This document shows positions 35,024 through 46,041 of a DNA stretch of 64,000 nucleotides, one piece after another; the first letter of the stretch is position 1; each line of letters begins with the position of its first letter. The position numbers were made by a program, and so were the translations under genes. This DNA comes from Escherichia phage FEC19. The DNA is taken from the sequence record MH816966; one strand, 5' to 3'. The notes beneath the pieces are model-generated. The model searched no databases. It was not told where the DNA came from and saw only the letters and a program-made list of their open reading frames with translations.

Positions 35024-37762
35024 CTACACGATGTATTTAATTTTTGATAAAAGGGTTGATGCCCAATCACCAGTTAAGTCAGTTATGTTCATGCTTGAAA
35101 CATAACCACCAGCAGCACTTCTCGGAAAGTTTACTGTTGCTACAACATCACCATTAGAAGCAATCAATTGAATTCCAGTGGCAAGTGATCCTGGGTTTTT
35201 GATGTATATAGAAGTCGCAGTTTTCTTTGCGAAATCTTCGCTTGTTGAAATTGCAAGCGCATTCATCGTACTACCAGACACAAGCATCAAGCTTAAAATA
35301 TCAAGTTCAAGAGTCGTACCAACTTCGGTCGGCAAGTCTTTCCCTGATATCAAACCGATGCTGATGCCGCCTGTCGATCCATCCCAGGTAGAGCCTTCAA
35401 CAATCTCAGCGGCAAGGTCAATTTCGATACGTTGCAAATCACCTGCGCCTATGTTGTAGAATTTAGGGATATAGCCACCCATCCCATCCGGTACAGTTAC
35501 AAAAAGTTTTTGACCGTTAACCGTGTTGTTTTTGACTATTGCGATAAACGACAAAGGGCCAGTCAGGGTGCCAGTGTATTTAGTAGCAAGTACAGCGCGT
35601 GCATAACCGGACGCTGGCACAGTCCCTATTGTAGCGGAAAGCTTGAATGATGGGAACTGGTTGGGCACACCGCTGATTGGCGTCGCTGTGACAGTGTTTA
35701 CGCCATCCTCAATGATATTGCCAAAAGATGTACCGTCGTTTGGCTGTGTGTAGCGCCAATAGTTAGTGATTGCCGTGCGTGGTATTTCACGACCAAAGTC
35801 ATCTCTTGATGCTTTTGAGATTGAATAGTCGTTGACAAGCGCGCCGTCGACGACCTGGTTCACACCTTTCAAAGATTCAAGCTGGCGTATCACACCGTTG
35901 AAGTTGTTCAGCGGCCACTCGTTAATGCCGCCAACTCTGATGATACCGTCAGTGTTAATCCACGCAACACCTTCCGTTTCAAATCCTACGCGCGTGTCTG
36001 TTATGTCGCTGACAGTCAAATCGATATCAGATAAGTCTGCGACTTCTTGGTAAAGCTGCCATCGTATTCCGGCATTTGCTGGCAAGAATCCTTCATTCCT
36101 GTCGCCAACTAGCGTCTTAAAGTTGTCAGACAGGTTGTTGGCGAAATAAGGTCCGATGACGTATTCCATGTAATAGTCGGCGGTCGGAGGCGGCGGTACT
36201 CCATCCAGCCTGCTAACGTTCCATGAGCGTCTGATTCCATCAGTCTCTGCAATCAGCGTGGCGTTCCCTGGGTACGGGTAGCCGCCGATTGAGCCAGAGT
36301 ATGCAAGTGATGAGCCAGGTTGCATGAATGACTCGCCAACTACACCGTTTCTTGTCGTCAGCGGTCCGTTTGCACAGGAGATGTTATTGAGCGTTCCCGC
36401 CGTTACAGACAGGATTGCTGTTCCGTCAGAAGGAGGGTTTTGCGTTCCATAAAAATAAGGCTCAGGCCCATTTGGATTCTGAACAGGGTCGCAGACGCAA
36501 ATCGAGTATCCAAACAAAAGGGCATCAGACCCTTCAGGCAATTCACGAGTTTGAGTTGATCCAGCGGCAGTCGCCTTCAACTCTATTGAAAAGCTGGTAC
36601 TTACTCCAGAAGCAGCGGTTGCCGTCTGCTCTACAATCCAGATTCGATACCAATCGCCGCCAATTGCTTTTATGCCACCACGGTTTGATTCCCTTCTTAC
36701 TCCATCGAATTTGCCTTTGATGAAATAGCTCAATGACGGGTCCAAGTTGAACTGGCCAGTGACGGGGTCAAACAGCTTTCCATTACTCGATGCATCACTA
36801 TTCTCTGTAACAGAAACAGAAGCGACGTTTTCAGAAAGCACCTTTATGTAGAAGCTATAGCAAACGTTGACGCCAGCCTGCGAAGGAAGCGAAATTGATT
36901 TGGCACTTGGATTATTGGCCAAAGAATACACAGGCTCACCGCTTGAAGCCGTCTTGATGACCCTTACTGCGTTGGCAAAATTCTCTATGGCCTCGCCTGG
37001 GTAATCGCCACACAACTGCCCATAGTAATCAGGCCCACCATACTGTCTGGTATCGCCGCCGACAAGCCCTGCGCCGGAACCATTTCCCCATGAGTACCAA
37101 TCTGGGTGCGCCATCCGTGACACGGTGCCTGACACTCCGCTGATGGTCAGCCCGGCGTTGTTGCCATGGCTTAAAAGTATCTGCTTATAATCATGCTGAA
37201 TCTCAGTTGACCCCTGCCAGTCGTACAGAAGGAATGAGCCATTGGTTGATTCAGACGAAGACACCGCGCCTTGAGTATTGTCGGTCACATATGCGTAGCG
37301 TGATGAAGAGTAATCCCAAGACTCTCCACGGTTGAAAATCCACTTAAGCATGCGGTTGATACTTTCGATGCGGCCATCACTTGTAAGCGTCAGATAACGA
37401 AGCTTAAGAAGTATGCGCGCTTCTTCGATATTCTTTACAACCTTCCCGCCAGCACCAAAGAAGTTGCCGCCGATGTTGTCCGCACCTTCAAAGTTGTCGC
37501 GCGTCGGTCCAAACGCCCAGTTGTGCTCATAATTGCTTAAGTCCACAAAGTCTCTTGGTATGCAAAGAATGTCGCACCAAATATAAATTCCCATTGCATC
37601 ACAAGTGTCAATGTTAAAAATGTTATTGTACCAGTCAGTCCAAAACTGATCTTGGTATCTTTCATACCAGTCACTTTTCTTTTGCACCAAAGATGTAATG
37701 TTTGGTGCATTGTTCTGCATCCACTTAAGGTTTTGCAACAGGTTTGTGTCAAACTTTTGCAT
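35024..37762 (-). CDS. large tail/baseplate-associated structural protein
   Basis: 912-aa ORF within tail module. Confidence 0.5.
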   Translation of the reverse strand: MQKFDTNLLQNLKWMQNNAPNITSLVQKKSDWYERYQDQFWTDWYNNIFNIDTCDAMGIYIWCDILCIPRDFVDLSNYEHNWAFGPTRDNFEGADNIGGNFFGAGGKVVKNIEEARILLKLRYLTLTSDGRIESINRMLKWIFNRGESWDYSSSRYAYVTDNTQGAVSSSESTNGSFLLYDWQGSTEIQHDYKQILLSHGNNAGLTISGVSGTVSRMAHPDWYSWGNGSGAGLVGGDTRQYGGPDYYGQLCGDYPGEAIENFANAVRVIKTASSGEPVYSLANNPSAKSISLPSQAGVNVCYSFYIKVLSENVASVSVTENSDASSNGKLFDPVTGQFNLDPSLSYFIKGKFDGVRRESNRGGIKAIGGDWYRIWIVEQTATAASGVSTSFSIELKATAAGSTQTRELPEGSDALLFGYSICVCDPVQNPNGPEPYFYGTQNPPSDGTAILSVTAGTLNNISCANGPLTTRNGVVGESFMQPGSSLAYSGSIGGYPYPGNATLIAETDGIRRSWNVSRLDGVPPPPTADYYMEYVIGPYFANNLSDNFKTLVGDRNEGFLPANAGIRWQLYQEVADLSDIDLTVSDITDTRVGFETEGVAWINTDGIIRVGGINEWPLNNFNGVIRQLESLKGVNQVVDGALVNDYSISKASRDDFGREIPRTAITNYWRYTQPNDGTSFGNIIEDGVNTVTATPISGVPNQFPSFKLSATIGTVPASGYARAVLATKYTGTLTGPLSFIAIVKNNTVNGQKLFVTVPDGMGGYIPKFYNIGAGDLQRIEIDLAAEIVEGSTWDGSTGGISIGLISGKDLPTEVGTTLELDILSLMLVSGSTMNALAISTSEDFAKKTATSIYIKNPGSLATGIQLIASNGDVVATVNFPRSAAGGYVSSMNITDLTGDWASTLLSKIKYIV

Positions 37763-37768
37763 AGTTCC

Positions 37769-39040
37769 TCACACAAATTTAACGTTGATGAAGCCGCGCA
37801 TAGTATTCGCCTTATCCCAAGGGTTGGCAATCCACTCGCTGCCGTAATCGGATGGATAATTTGGCGCTGCCTGTCCGCTTTTTACTGCTGCAATTTTGCA
37901 ATCTTTAATGTACAGACCTGGATACTCGCAAGACACTGCTGAAGCAATCTCAAAAGAAGATTGAGATTGGCCCACTGCATATCCTTGCTCGCCGTTAAAA
38001 TTTCCATTACCGTAATTCAACACAGCGGCAATAATGGATTCGGCATCGGCGGTTGCGGTGCCTCTTACAACAGTAATATCGACATACAAGTCATATATGA
38101 CAGCAGTGTTGAACTTTACGAAATAAGACAGTTGCGATTCTTCGTCGACAACTTCTATTCCATCAGGCGAGTTGACTGGATCACCCTGGTTGGTAGCACC
38201 AAAGTCCCACGGCTGGCCGCCCATCTTTGCCTTGAAAATAGTCTCAGCAAAAACTTGCTTATCGAACGTTCCGCTTGCGCACACCCAGACACCGTTAGGC
38301 GTTGAAAAGGTGATGCCGCGCACCGTTCCAGGCAATCCCGTGTCGTTCTCCACGACCATCACCGATTCCACGCCGTCGACCGACATGGCGCGAGCGCGAA
38401 TAGCACCAAGCGATGCAATTCCCTGCTGGTAAAGGCGCTTAACGCGAGCGGCCTTTAACGCTCCGTCGCCCATGTATTGTGTTCCTGGCACGGTCGTCGT
38501 TTCCGACGTTGAATAAGTTCTTGACCATCCGATGACGTCATAACCTTGCACCACTGTGAACTCTTCATCAGGTGCAACAGTGAATGATCCATAGTCTTTT
38601 GACGCAAGAGTCATATTGCTTGTCTTGCCAGTCGAAGCGATTTGAACGTCTTCCAGCACATACCAGTATGTACCATTTGAATCAGTAAGAAGACTTCCAG
38701 CAGGAATTTCCAGCAGCGGCGTTCCCTCTGCAGTCACACCTTTCAGCATCGTGCTTACGTTTTTTGTGCGCTCGATACCAAGAAACGCCGCGATTGCATC
38801 AAGATATACTCCATATGAGTAGTTAGGGTTGATGAGACTTCCCAATTCGGCATTGTTCTTCATCACTGAAGTTCTTGCCAACGTCTCTGTTGCGATTAGC
38901 GTGCCTTGCGGCGTCGAAGCATCAACATCAAGCCCGACCCCTAAAGACTCAATCCATTCACCTTGAACATCAGCCAATAAATCTGCCGTGTCAATGGTGA
39001 TCACACCAGTACTTACTATGTAAGAATATTGTGCACTCAT
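37769..39040 (-). CDS. baseplate protein (gpJ-like?), putative
   Basis: 423-aa ORF in baseplate position. Confidence 0.4.
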   Translation of the reverse strand: MSAQYSYIVSTGVITIDTADLLADVQGEWIESLGVGLDVDASTPQGTLIATETLARTSVMKNNAELGSLINPNYSYGVYLDAIAAFLGIERTKNVSTMLKGVTAEGTPLLEIPAGSLLTDSNGTYWYVLEDVQIASTGKTSNMTLASKDYGSFTVAPDEEFTVVQGYDVIGWSRTYSTSETTTVPGTQYMGDGALKAARVKRLYQQGIASLGAIRARAMSVDGVESVMVVENDTGLPGTVRGITFSTPNGVWVCASGTFDKQVFAETIFKAKMGGQPWDFGATNQGDPVNSPDGIEVVDEESQLSYFVKFNTAVIYDLYVDITVVRGTATADAESIIAAVLNYGNGNFNGEQGYAVGQSQSSFEIASAVSCEYPGLYIKDCKIAAVKSGQAAPNYPSDYGSEWIANPWDKANTMRGFINVKFV

Positions 39041-39765
39041 TCTATCATATTCCCAGTTCTGTTTCCAGGCCCGTTACCGATATGCCCGTGAGTGGATACA
39101 TCAATGCCGCCGACCGTTGTGCCAGTCGGAAGCGTTGCCGTCGTTCCTTCTTTGCCTTCTATCCCACCATTGAATGTTGCTTTTCCATTTACTATCAATT
39201 GTTGATCGATAGTGGTTATCGGGGTCTTGACGTTTACTCCAGCAGACGCAGTTATGTTTATTGAGTCATCGCTTAGTGCAATTCTCACAGCGCCGCTGAG
39301 GGATTGAATTACCATTGACCCCGCATCCTCTCCGCTTATGGTGTATTTTCGGAATACATCCGGTATGAACAGTCCATCAGCGAAAGTTTTTACACGGCCA
39401 TTGGTAGGCGCGGTCGGCTTCAATTCTTCAAGGAATGTCGACAACTCGCGGTCGCCAGCGAATATCCAGCCCAAGTCGCCTTCCTTCAAAGGGAAGTTGA
39501 TCACGAATCCGCCGCCGCCGATTGCCAGTACCGGAATTGACACCAAAGGTTGACGCTCCACTGGCTTATCATCAAGACTTACGAAATGAATAACAGGTTT
39601 TATGACTGCTAAATTTTTCTTGCGGTCATAAGATATTACTTGCGCAGGAATCATGCCATCAGTGGTATACTTGCCACGGTCCAGCATTCCCTGAAGCGCG
39701 GCAAACATACTTGATTTGTCAGTTTGGTTGGGGCTTGTAAGTTGGGTTAACTTTTCTGCCATCAT
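39037..39765 (-). CDS. tail/baseplate structural protein
   Basis: AGGAG RBS before trimmed start MMAEKL. Confidence 0.45.
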   Translation of the reverse strand: MMAEKLTQLTSPNQTDKSSMFAALQGMLDRGKYTTDGMIPAQVISYDRKKNLAVIKPVIHFVSLDDKPVERQPLVSIPVLAIGGGGFVINFPLKEGDLGWIFAGDRELSTFLEELKPTAPTNGRVKTFADGLFIPDVFRKYTISGEDAGSMVIQSLSGAVRIALSDDSINITASAGVNVKTPITTIDQQLIVNGKATFNGGIEGKEGTTATLPTGTTVGGIDVSTHGHIGNGPGNRTGNMIE

Positions 39766-39822
39766 AGACTCCTTATATCTGATCAACAAATTATAATCTA
39801 TAAGGAGTCTATAAGCAATATT

Positions 39823-40344
39823 TTAGCGATTTGACTTTGATTCTTTAATGGCAGCTTCGTTTGAGTAGGCTTCATTAAGTGATTTTGCTATTAAACCATC
39901 AAACATGGCAAATGCATCACGCAGTGAATAGTATTCTTCCAACTCCTTTAAAGATGCAAGGCCGTTATTTATTAGACTTGCAACCATTGGCTCAAGATAA
40001 TTAGGCTCTACTGTCGGTGCATCAGCCAAGAATCTATTTGGAATTTTGGTGCTTTTCCAATCGCTAAGGAATCCAAAGTTGTGCTTTTTAACGGCTTCCA
40101 TCAATACTTTCAACACAAGATTAGGCGGCAAGTGATTAGGAATACTTTTCACTTCCTCACTAATTACTTTTTCAGAATTAAGCCTTACTTTGGACCCGTC
40201 ATATTTGATCACATAACATTCACTCAATAATTCAAGTGGAGTTAATATACTTATGTCATCCACCATTTCAAATGCATCTATTGCGCTAAATTGATGAATT
40301 TCATAAGTCACGCCAAACAAGTCGATTATTTTATTCTTTCTCAT
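39823..40344 (-). CDS. tail module hypothetical protein
   Basis: 173-aa ORF. Confidence 0.45.
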   Translation of the reverse strand: MRKNKIIDLFGVTYEIHQFSAIDAFEMVDDISILTPLELLSECYVIKYDGSKVRLNSEKVISEEVKSIPNHLPPNLVLKVLMEAVKKHNFGFLSDWKSTKIPNRFLADAPTVEPNYLEPMVASLINNGLASLKELEEYYSLRDAFAMFDGLIAKSLNEAYSNEAAIKESKSNR

Positions 40345-40346
40345 AT

Positions 40347-41219
40347 TTATGCCGATGGTGCAACGCCGCCCGTCACCGTAAATATATCATCACGACTCGC
40401 TAAATCATATTCAAGTTGCATGATGACAAATGTGGTGTCGTTCAAGCTTGGGTTTAAGACTGATTTGAATTTAACACCTTGTGCAAGCTTCAAATCTGCG
40501 TTATACATACAAGTGAAGTCTGCACCCCACTCGTTCCACATCGGTATTCCGACAAATTCCTCAATGACTGTAATCTGGTCTGGATTTAGAATTTTGTCTT
40601 TATCCTTAACAATTAACGTATCGTCATCAATGTATGCCGCGATGGAGTTGCGTTGATAGTTCTGGATCTCAAGCAGCAGCGCAGCAGCAACATATGTCGT
40701 TCTTCCTGGATTCACAAGGCGCTGATTATTAATCGACGTGTCGCAAATAACAGTATCGATGTCCATTTGTTTTGCAGACCATTCCACGAACTCTTTGAAA
40801 GTCGGGTTGGATGGCGCAGCTTGAGTTATGAACTTCGTTCTGTTTATTTGGTTGGTGTAACAAGTGATTCTGATGACTATATTCGGCGGCGGCGCTGTTA
40901 TCTCAACTGTCGTCACCTGTCCCTTGTATACCAAGTTGCTGCTGATTACGTTTCCCTCTCTGTATCCAGCTTCAATAGTCACGTTGACGTAGTTCGCCGC
41001 CAGCTGACCTTGATCACGCAGACGTTTGTTGAATGCCGTGAAGTTGGAAAGCAGGTACTCTCTCAAGTACCCTGTTAATCCTGCGACTTCAATCGTGGCC
41101 TTATTCTGAACGGAAAGTGCTGCCTTTTTGATTCGGCATCTAAGCATCAATCCTTCATCAAGCACTTGGCTTGTGCCATCCGGCATAAATAAGGTGACTT
41201 TAAGGATTCTCTTTTTCAA
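40347..41219 (-). CDS. tail structural protein immediately after tape measure
   Basis: 290-aa ORF. Confidence 0.45.
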   Translation of the reverse strand: MKKRILKVTLFMPDGTSQVLDEGLMLRCRIKKAALSVQNKATIEVAGLTGYLREYLLSNFTAFNKRLRDQGQLAANYVNVTIEAGYREGNVISSNLVYKGQVTTVEITAPPPNIVIRITCYTNQINRTKFITQAAPSNPTFKEFVEWSAKQMDIDTVICDTSINNQRLVNPGRTTYVAAALLLEIQNYQRNSIAAYIDDDTLIVKDKDKILNPDQITVIEEFVGIPMWNEWGADFTCMYNADLKLAQGVKFKSVLNPSLNDTTFVIMQLEYDLASRDDIFTVTGGVAPSA

Positions 41220-41223
41220 ATTA

Positions 41224-43404
41224 TCACCACTTCAAAGGTGTAGCAGTAAGGTTGTTTATGTCGTTGATATCATCTTGTTCAAGCACACGCTTAGTCTCAA
41301 TCGCCGTGCTTCTTGGGTCTTGAGCGCCGTTGACGTTGATGACAACGTTTTTCTGACCCATAGTGATATCACGCCCACCAGGTCGACTATTCGCGGAAAG
41401 GTCACTGCCGTATTTCTGGAATGCCTCAAGCTGAAATGCCGCAAGACGAGCATTCTTCATCGCTTCGGCCTGAATGTTCGGTCTTACACCTGGAGTTGAA
41501 GCCAGCTGCATGTTTTTAATATAATCCCTTTGCGTTCCAAGTTTAAGGTAAGTTTGAGCAAAGTCAATATCACCTTTGTTTACTTGTCCTTGCATCAGCT
41601 GCTCAACTGGCACGTTGAGGTATCCTGCAATAGCTTCTTGCAGCTGTCTGTATTGCACCGTTTGGCGGGATTGTCCCTGTACTGGAGCGTAGCTGCCTTT
41701 TGGCGCTTCTACTCCGCTACCGCTAAGCACTGGAGTAACTGGTGCACCTTGCGGCGCTCCCGTGGCGTATTCTCCATTCGCCTGTCGTTCGAGAGCGGCC
41801 ATTACCTTGCCAGGGTATGCACGGGTGTTCTTTCCCCATCCGCTGCGGTCATATCCGCCGTGATACATAGTCAGCGCAAGATTCCAATCGCCATTAGCAG
41901 CGGTGAAATATTCCTTGAGAAGTTGAGCGCCGCCCATAATGTTTTGTCTAGGGTCGTTGCCGTCTGTGATGCCAAGACCCTTGAAGTTGGAAGGCATTAT
42001 TTGCATCAGTCCGGTCGCGCCTGCTCCGCTTACGGCATTAGGGTTGAATCCAGATTCGACTTCTGTGACGGCCTTCATCATCGCAACAGGTATTCCATAA
42101 CGCTTGGAGGCTTCCTCATAGATTGAGTCGTAAGCGGTCGGATTGCCTGACCCCAAGTTATTGCCTACGGTCGCACCAGTACTTAGTGCTGGTGTTCCAG
42201 GTATGGCGGATTGGCCTGCGCTTCGTCCTATCTCACCAGCCCATGCAGCCCACGCTTGTCGCTCATCAATGACTCCAGCAAAGGTTGAAACGGCGCTTGA
42301 AAACAGGTTTATATCGCGAGTGAAAAGTGCTTGCGCAGAACGTTGTTCAGCCGCGTTTTGCTCCTGGTTCCTCTGGCGTTTCACATCGCCGTCGGCCATC
42401 TGCGTGATCCATCTATCAACGGCACGCTCGTGACGCTCGTTAACAGCCGCTTGTTTATCAAACGGGTGTTTCAAGTCAGCGATGAAATTGTCGACAAATT
42501 CAGACCATCCATCAGACATTCTTTGGAACATCATCTGGAATCCTTCGACTGTATCGGCAGTCTTGCTGACAAGCGTCGAGAATGCCGGCATCACGTTCTC
42601 GCCGATTACCAGTTCAATGCGTCGCCAGTCTTCTTGAATTTGGCCCATGCTGTTTCGTATCGTTTCAAGTGCGGCCTGCTGTCTTTGCAGCTTCGCGGTT
42701 TCTTCGTCGCTTATACGGGTGCTTTCTTTGACTGATTGATTTCGCTCACGAAGCGCACGGACTTCATCAGCGGTAAAACCTGCCAGAGCACCAATAGCAC
42801 GAGCGGTTTGCTCATTTACACTTCTCAGCTTTGTGCCAATTTCATCAAGCAGCTGGTTTGTGTCTTTTATGCCGCCGTTACTGTTGAAAGGACTGGTTCC
42901 CATCTTGTTAAGCAACAAGTTGTCCTTGTTCATAACATCTGGGTTGGTGTATGCGTTGAATGCGAGATTAGAAGCCTTGCTGATCAAATCCCTTGACCCT
43001 TGCGCACCAAGAACTCCGCCTGAACTCTCATTCAATTGTCGCTGTAATTGCTCCACGCCAATTGGTGAAAGTCCTGCTTCAAATCCCAGCTTCCTTTGCG
43101 CTTCGTATTCTTTTCGAACATCAACAATGGATTTGACGACGACAGCCAATCCTGCGACAACAGGAACGAGCGCGGCAAAGCGATAAGTAAGCCGCGCAAG
43201 GATTCCGTCAATAGACCCCAGTTCAGCTGTGAGAGGCTTCAGCTCACCAAACACATCTTTGAATGCTCCGGTGAAGTCTTTACCAGCGGCCTTTGCCTTT
43301 TTGTTTGTCTGATCAACCTTATCTTGCAATTGCTCAAGACGATTGATGGACTCTTTCAAGTCCACCGTATATTGAAGAACAAATTTTTCTAATGAGTCAG
43401 ACAC
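41224..43404 (-). CDS. tape measure protein with lytic transglycosylase (SLT-like) domain
   Basis: Coiled-coil N-terminal part, hydrophobic segment, TEVESGFNPNAVSGAGATGLMQIMP motif. Confidence 0.7.
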   Translation of the reverse strand: MSDSLEKFVLQYTVDLKESINRLEQLQDKVDQTNKKAKAAGKDFTGAFKDVFGELKPLTAELGSIDGILARLTYRFAALVPVVAGLAVVVKSIVDVRKEYEAQRKLGFEAGLSPIGVEQLQRQLNESSGGVLGAQGSRDLISKASNLAFNAYTNPDVMNKDNLLLNKMGTSPFNSNGGIKDTNQLLDEIGTKLRSVNEQTARAIGALAGFTADEVRALRERNQSVKESTRISDEETAKLQRQQAALETIRNSMGQIQEDWRRIELVIGENVMPAFSTLVSKTADTVEGFQMMFQRMSDGWSEFVDNFIADLKHPFDKQAAVNERHERAVDRWITQMADGDVKRQRNQEQNAAEQRSAQALFTRDINLFSSAVSTFAGVIDERQAWAAWAGEIGRSAGQSAIPGTPALSTGATVGNNLGSGNPTAYDSIYEEASKRYGIPVAMMKAVTEVESGFNPNAVSGAGATGLMQIMPSNFKGLGITDGNDPRQNIMGGAQLLKEYFTAANGDWNLALTMYHGGYDRSGWGKNTRAYPGKVMAALERQANGEYATGAPQGAPVTPVLSGSGVEAPKGSYAPVQGQSRQTVQYRQLQEAIAGYLNVPVEQLMQGQVNKGDIDFAQTYLKLGTQRDYIKNMQLASTPGVRPNIQAEAMKNARLAAFQLEAFQKYGSDLSANSRPGGRDITMGQKNVVINVNGAQDPRSTAIETKRVLEQDDINDINNLTATPLKW

Positions 43405-43407
43405 AGT

Positions 43408-43824
43408 TTACCCCTTGTTTGGAGTCTCGCCGCTGAGGAATGGCGCGATTAATCGCATCGATTCGCCAATAAATGCTGCAGCCATTTCGCCGCCAGCTTG
43501 TTCCCAGTATCCTTCACGTTCAGCGTGAGTCTCTGGGTTGATTCCGTTTTCCATCAACACTGCTTCGAAAACCAATTTCAAGTTTTCCCAGTCGCCAAGA
43601 TGGTTGTCAATAAGTGCGCCAGTGCTCAGCGGAATTTCTTGCCCGACATCAAGTTCAACCTTTGCAAAGCTTAACACTTCCATTGTGTATTCTGAACGGA
43701 ATGCAGGGTCTTTTGACATTGCAAATTCGATGAATCGGCGCTGTATGTTCCAACCTTCCATCGCAGTCATTTTGCTGATTTTAATTTCTACTTTACGACC
43801 AGTTTGTTTATTGGTGATCTTCAT
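43408..43824 (-). CDS. tail assembly protein, putative
   Basis: 138-aa ORF directly upstream of tape measure. Confidence 0.4.
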   Translation of the reverse strand: MKITNKQTGRKVEIKISKMTAMEGWNIQRRFIEFAMSKDPAFRSEYTMEVLSFAKVELDVGQEIPLSTGALIDNHLGDWENLKLVFEAVLMENGINPETHAEREGYWEQAGGEMAAAFIGESMRLIAPFLSGETPNKG

Positions 43825-43825
43825 T

Positions 43826-44386
43826 TTATATTCCTACTGTTGATTTTATTTTATTATATAACGAACTCACAGTTGTAGTCAAACTGACTGGCTCTTTAAT
43901 AGCCACGCCATTTGACGATTCATCTGCGGACTGTTTAGGGTCAAAGCTTCCTTGAATACTAAATGACGTCTGTTCAAATGTTATTACAATTGAGACTCCA
44001 TTCAGGTTTTCTTCTGACTGAGTTATTTCGACATCAGACATCGACATTTTGCTTGCAATTATGCTTCGAGAAGTTATTGAAAATGTGACTTCATCATTGT
44101 CGAATGTATTAATTATGTTTTCAATAGTCGATTGGTCGTTGCAAATTACGTTTAGCGCCATGTGCGCTGGCATTATTACTTTTGCCGCCTGTAGATTGCT
44201 TACTGAGGATGTACTTGATACTTCCACCACCTGCATCGCCGTTCCAGCAATTGGAAATTGAGTAGTTTCTGCTGGTGATGTTATTTCTGCAGACACTGGA
44301 GAAAGCCTTGTCCAGACAGGAAGCCCTGTCGACTCATTCGTTATGGTCAGAGATTGACCAGAAAGCAGAATCGAAACAAAGTCCAT
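43826..44386 (-). CDS. tail module hypothetical protein
   Basis: 186-aa ORF. Confidence 0.45.
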   Translation of the reverse strand: MDFVSILLSGQSLTITNESTGLPVWTRLSPVSAEITSPAETTQFPIAGTAMQVVEVSSTSSVSNLQAAKVIMPAHMALNVICNDQSTIENIINTFDNDEVTFSITSRSIIASKMSMSDVEITQSEENLNGVSIVITFEQTSFSIQGSFDPKQSADESSNGVAIKEPVSLTTTVSSLYNKIKSTVGI

Positions 44387-44919
44387 CAGAACATCCCCTT
44401 GATGCCATTCATCACCTTTGTTGCAACGCCAGTGACGCTGGCAGTAGTCTCTTTTATATAAGCGATGCCGCGCTCAATGACAGTGGAGTCGGCTGCTTGC
44501 GCTGTTTGAATAGACACATCCTGCTGTGTTAATATCTCGTGGAAGACCAGTTGTATGGGTTGTGAAGTTATATTGTCAGCATCTTGGCTGAGATTGTTAT
44601 TTTGCAGCACCATACGTTCAAATATTAGCCCACGAGAATTTATTGTGTATATAGTGGACCTATTTTGCAGCATCTTTGCGATTGCTTCGGACGCGCTTTT
44701 TGTCTGTGCTATTACAGTCACAGTCAATATTCTAGGCATTTTGACCCTGCCATCGACAATATAGCTTCCATCCTCCCTTTGGTTCTTGAATATCTTTGCT
44801 TGGAGTCTTATTTTAACGTTAACAATCGCCCAACCAAGCGTTGACACTTCCCCAAGGTTGAAGCTTCTTATTGTGAAGCTTCTGTTGGAAAGACTATATG
44901 ACAATAAATCGATAGCCAT
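44386..44919 (-). CDS. tail module hypothetical protein
   Basis: 177-aa ORF. Confidence 0.45.
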   Translation of the reverse strand: MAIDLLSYSLSNRSFTIRSFNLGEVSTLGWAIVNVKIRLQAKIFKNQREDGSYIVDGRVKMPRILTVTVIAQTKSASEAIAKMLQNRSTIYTINSRGLIFERMVLQNNNLSQDADNITSQPIQLVFHEILTQQDVSIQTAQAADSTVIERGIAYIKETTASVTGVATKVMNGIKGMF

Positions 44920-45416
44920 TAAATTGACCCCAATATACTCTGCACCACGCCTTTTGCAATTTGTGATGTGCTCTGTGCGCCGCCGTAGCTGGCAAACACG
45001 AATGTGTATCTGTTTGTCTTACGACGACCGGATTGCTCAATGGAGTCGCCAAGCGGACCGCTGATGATGGTCCCGTTCGAAAATGCTACTCTGCCGCCAT
45101 CAGGATATGTAATAAGCATTGATGTGACATCCTGTATAGGAAGCCACTTGAATCCGCCTTTACGAGCGGAAAGCAAAAGCTTTAGATTTATGTCGTCTTC
45201 AGTGTTTGGGATCACTGCAATGGATACGCGAACGACGGCGGCCTTGTCATAAATACAAATGCCGCCGTCATAAGTAAGTTGATAGCCTACTGATTCAACT
45301 TCCTCAATAATTAGCGAATCCTGGTCATCAGACAAAGAACTGATATTCAGCCCAACAGGAAAAGATTGGAGAGCGACAATTCTAATGCTTGTGCCAAATC
45401 CACTAATATTGACCAT
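44919..45416 (-). CDS. tail tube-like protein, paralog of 46367..46834
   Basis: N-terminus MVNISGFGTSIRIVA. Confidence 0.45.
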   Translation of the reverse strand: MVNISGFGTSIRIVALQSFPVGLNISSLSDDQDSLIIEEVESVGYQLTYDGGICIYDKAAVVRVSIAVIPNTEDDINLKLLLSARKGGFKWLPIQDVTSMLITYPDGGRVAFSNGTIISGPLGDSIEQSGRRKTNRYTFVFASYGGAQSTSQIAKGVVQSILGSI

Positions 45417-45418
45417 GT

Positions 45419-45685
45419 TTACTCCGCAGATGCAGATTTAACTGCTGCAAGAATTTCATCCTTATAAGAAAGACCTTTGATGTCAATCTCATGTTCCTTT
45501 GCATAAGCCTTCAATTCAGAGACGCTCATTGAATCAAAATCAACTTTCGATTCCACTGCCTTCTCTTCAACCTGTTCTTTCTTCTCCGCAACAGGGTTTG
45601 AAGTCTTTTTGAATAATTCCGATGCGTCTTCAAATTTTTCGCCAAATTTCATGACGCCATTAGCAAAATGAATTACTTGTGCCAT
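45419..45685 (-). CDS. tail module hypothetical protein
   Basis: 88-aa ORF. Confidence 0.45.
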   Translation of the reverse strand: MAQVIHFANGVMKFGEKFEDASELFKKTSNPVAEKKEQVEEKAVESKVDFDSMSVSELKAYAKEHEIDIKGLSYKDEILAAVKSASAE

Positions 45686-46041
45686 TATTGATTACTCACC
45701 TTTATACGTTCGCCATAAATAGTCACCACTTCAGCGGTGAATCCAAGAATACCGTTTTGGATGGTGACAGTCAATGAGTCGATTCCGGCAACGTCTGCTT
45801 TCTTCAGAATAGCATCTGCAATCGACTTTCTCGCACCGTCTTCATCAACGGGCGATTTGAAAACAGTGCCTAAATAATCGACTCCGTTTTCAACATCGTA
45901 CAAGTCTTCACCAAGTCGCATTTGATGCGCTGCCTTGATAACTTGTACCATGGCCTTTTCTCCTGACAGAATATTCAAATTTCTTCCATCAGGCAGAAAC
46001 AGGTCGTTGTTATCATTAACTTCAATCGTTAGAGTTGTCAA
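45685..46041 (-). CDS. tail module hypothetical protein
   Basis: 118-aa ORF. Confidence 0.45.
   Translation of the reverse strand: MTTLTIEVNDNNDLFLPDGRNLNILSGEKAMVQVIKAAHQMRLGEDLYDVENGVDYLGTVFKSPVDEDGARKSIADAILKKADVAGIDSLTVTIQNGILGFTAEVVTIYGERIKVSNQ

Noticed and set aside
41530-43392. Several plus-strand ORFs of 86-198 aa
   Set aside because: All lie antisense within the tape measure gene, which has clear coiled-coil and lytic transglycosylase features.
43408-44386. Programmed -1 frameshift between tail assembly chaperone genes upstream of the tape measure
   Set aside because: The two ORFs are separated by a stop and a 1-nt gap with an independent ATG; no overlapping out-of-frame extension or slippery heptamer was seen.
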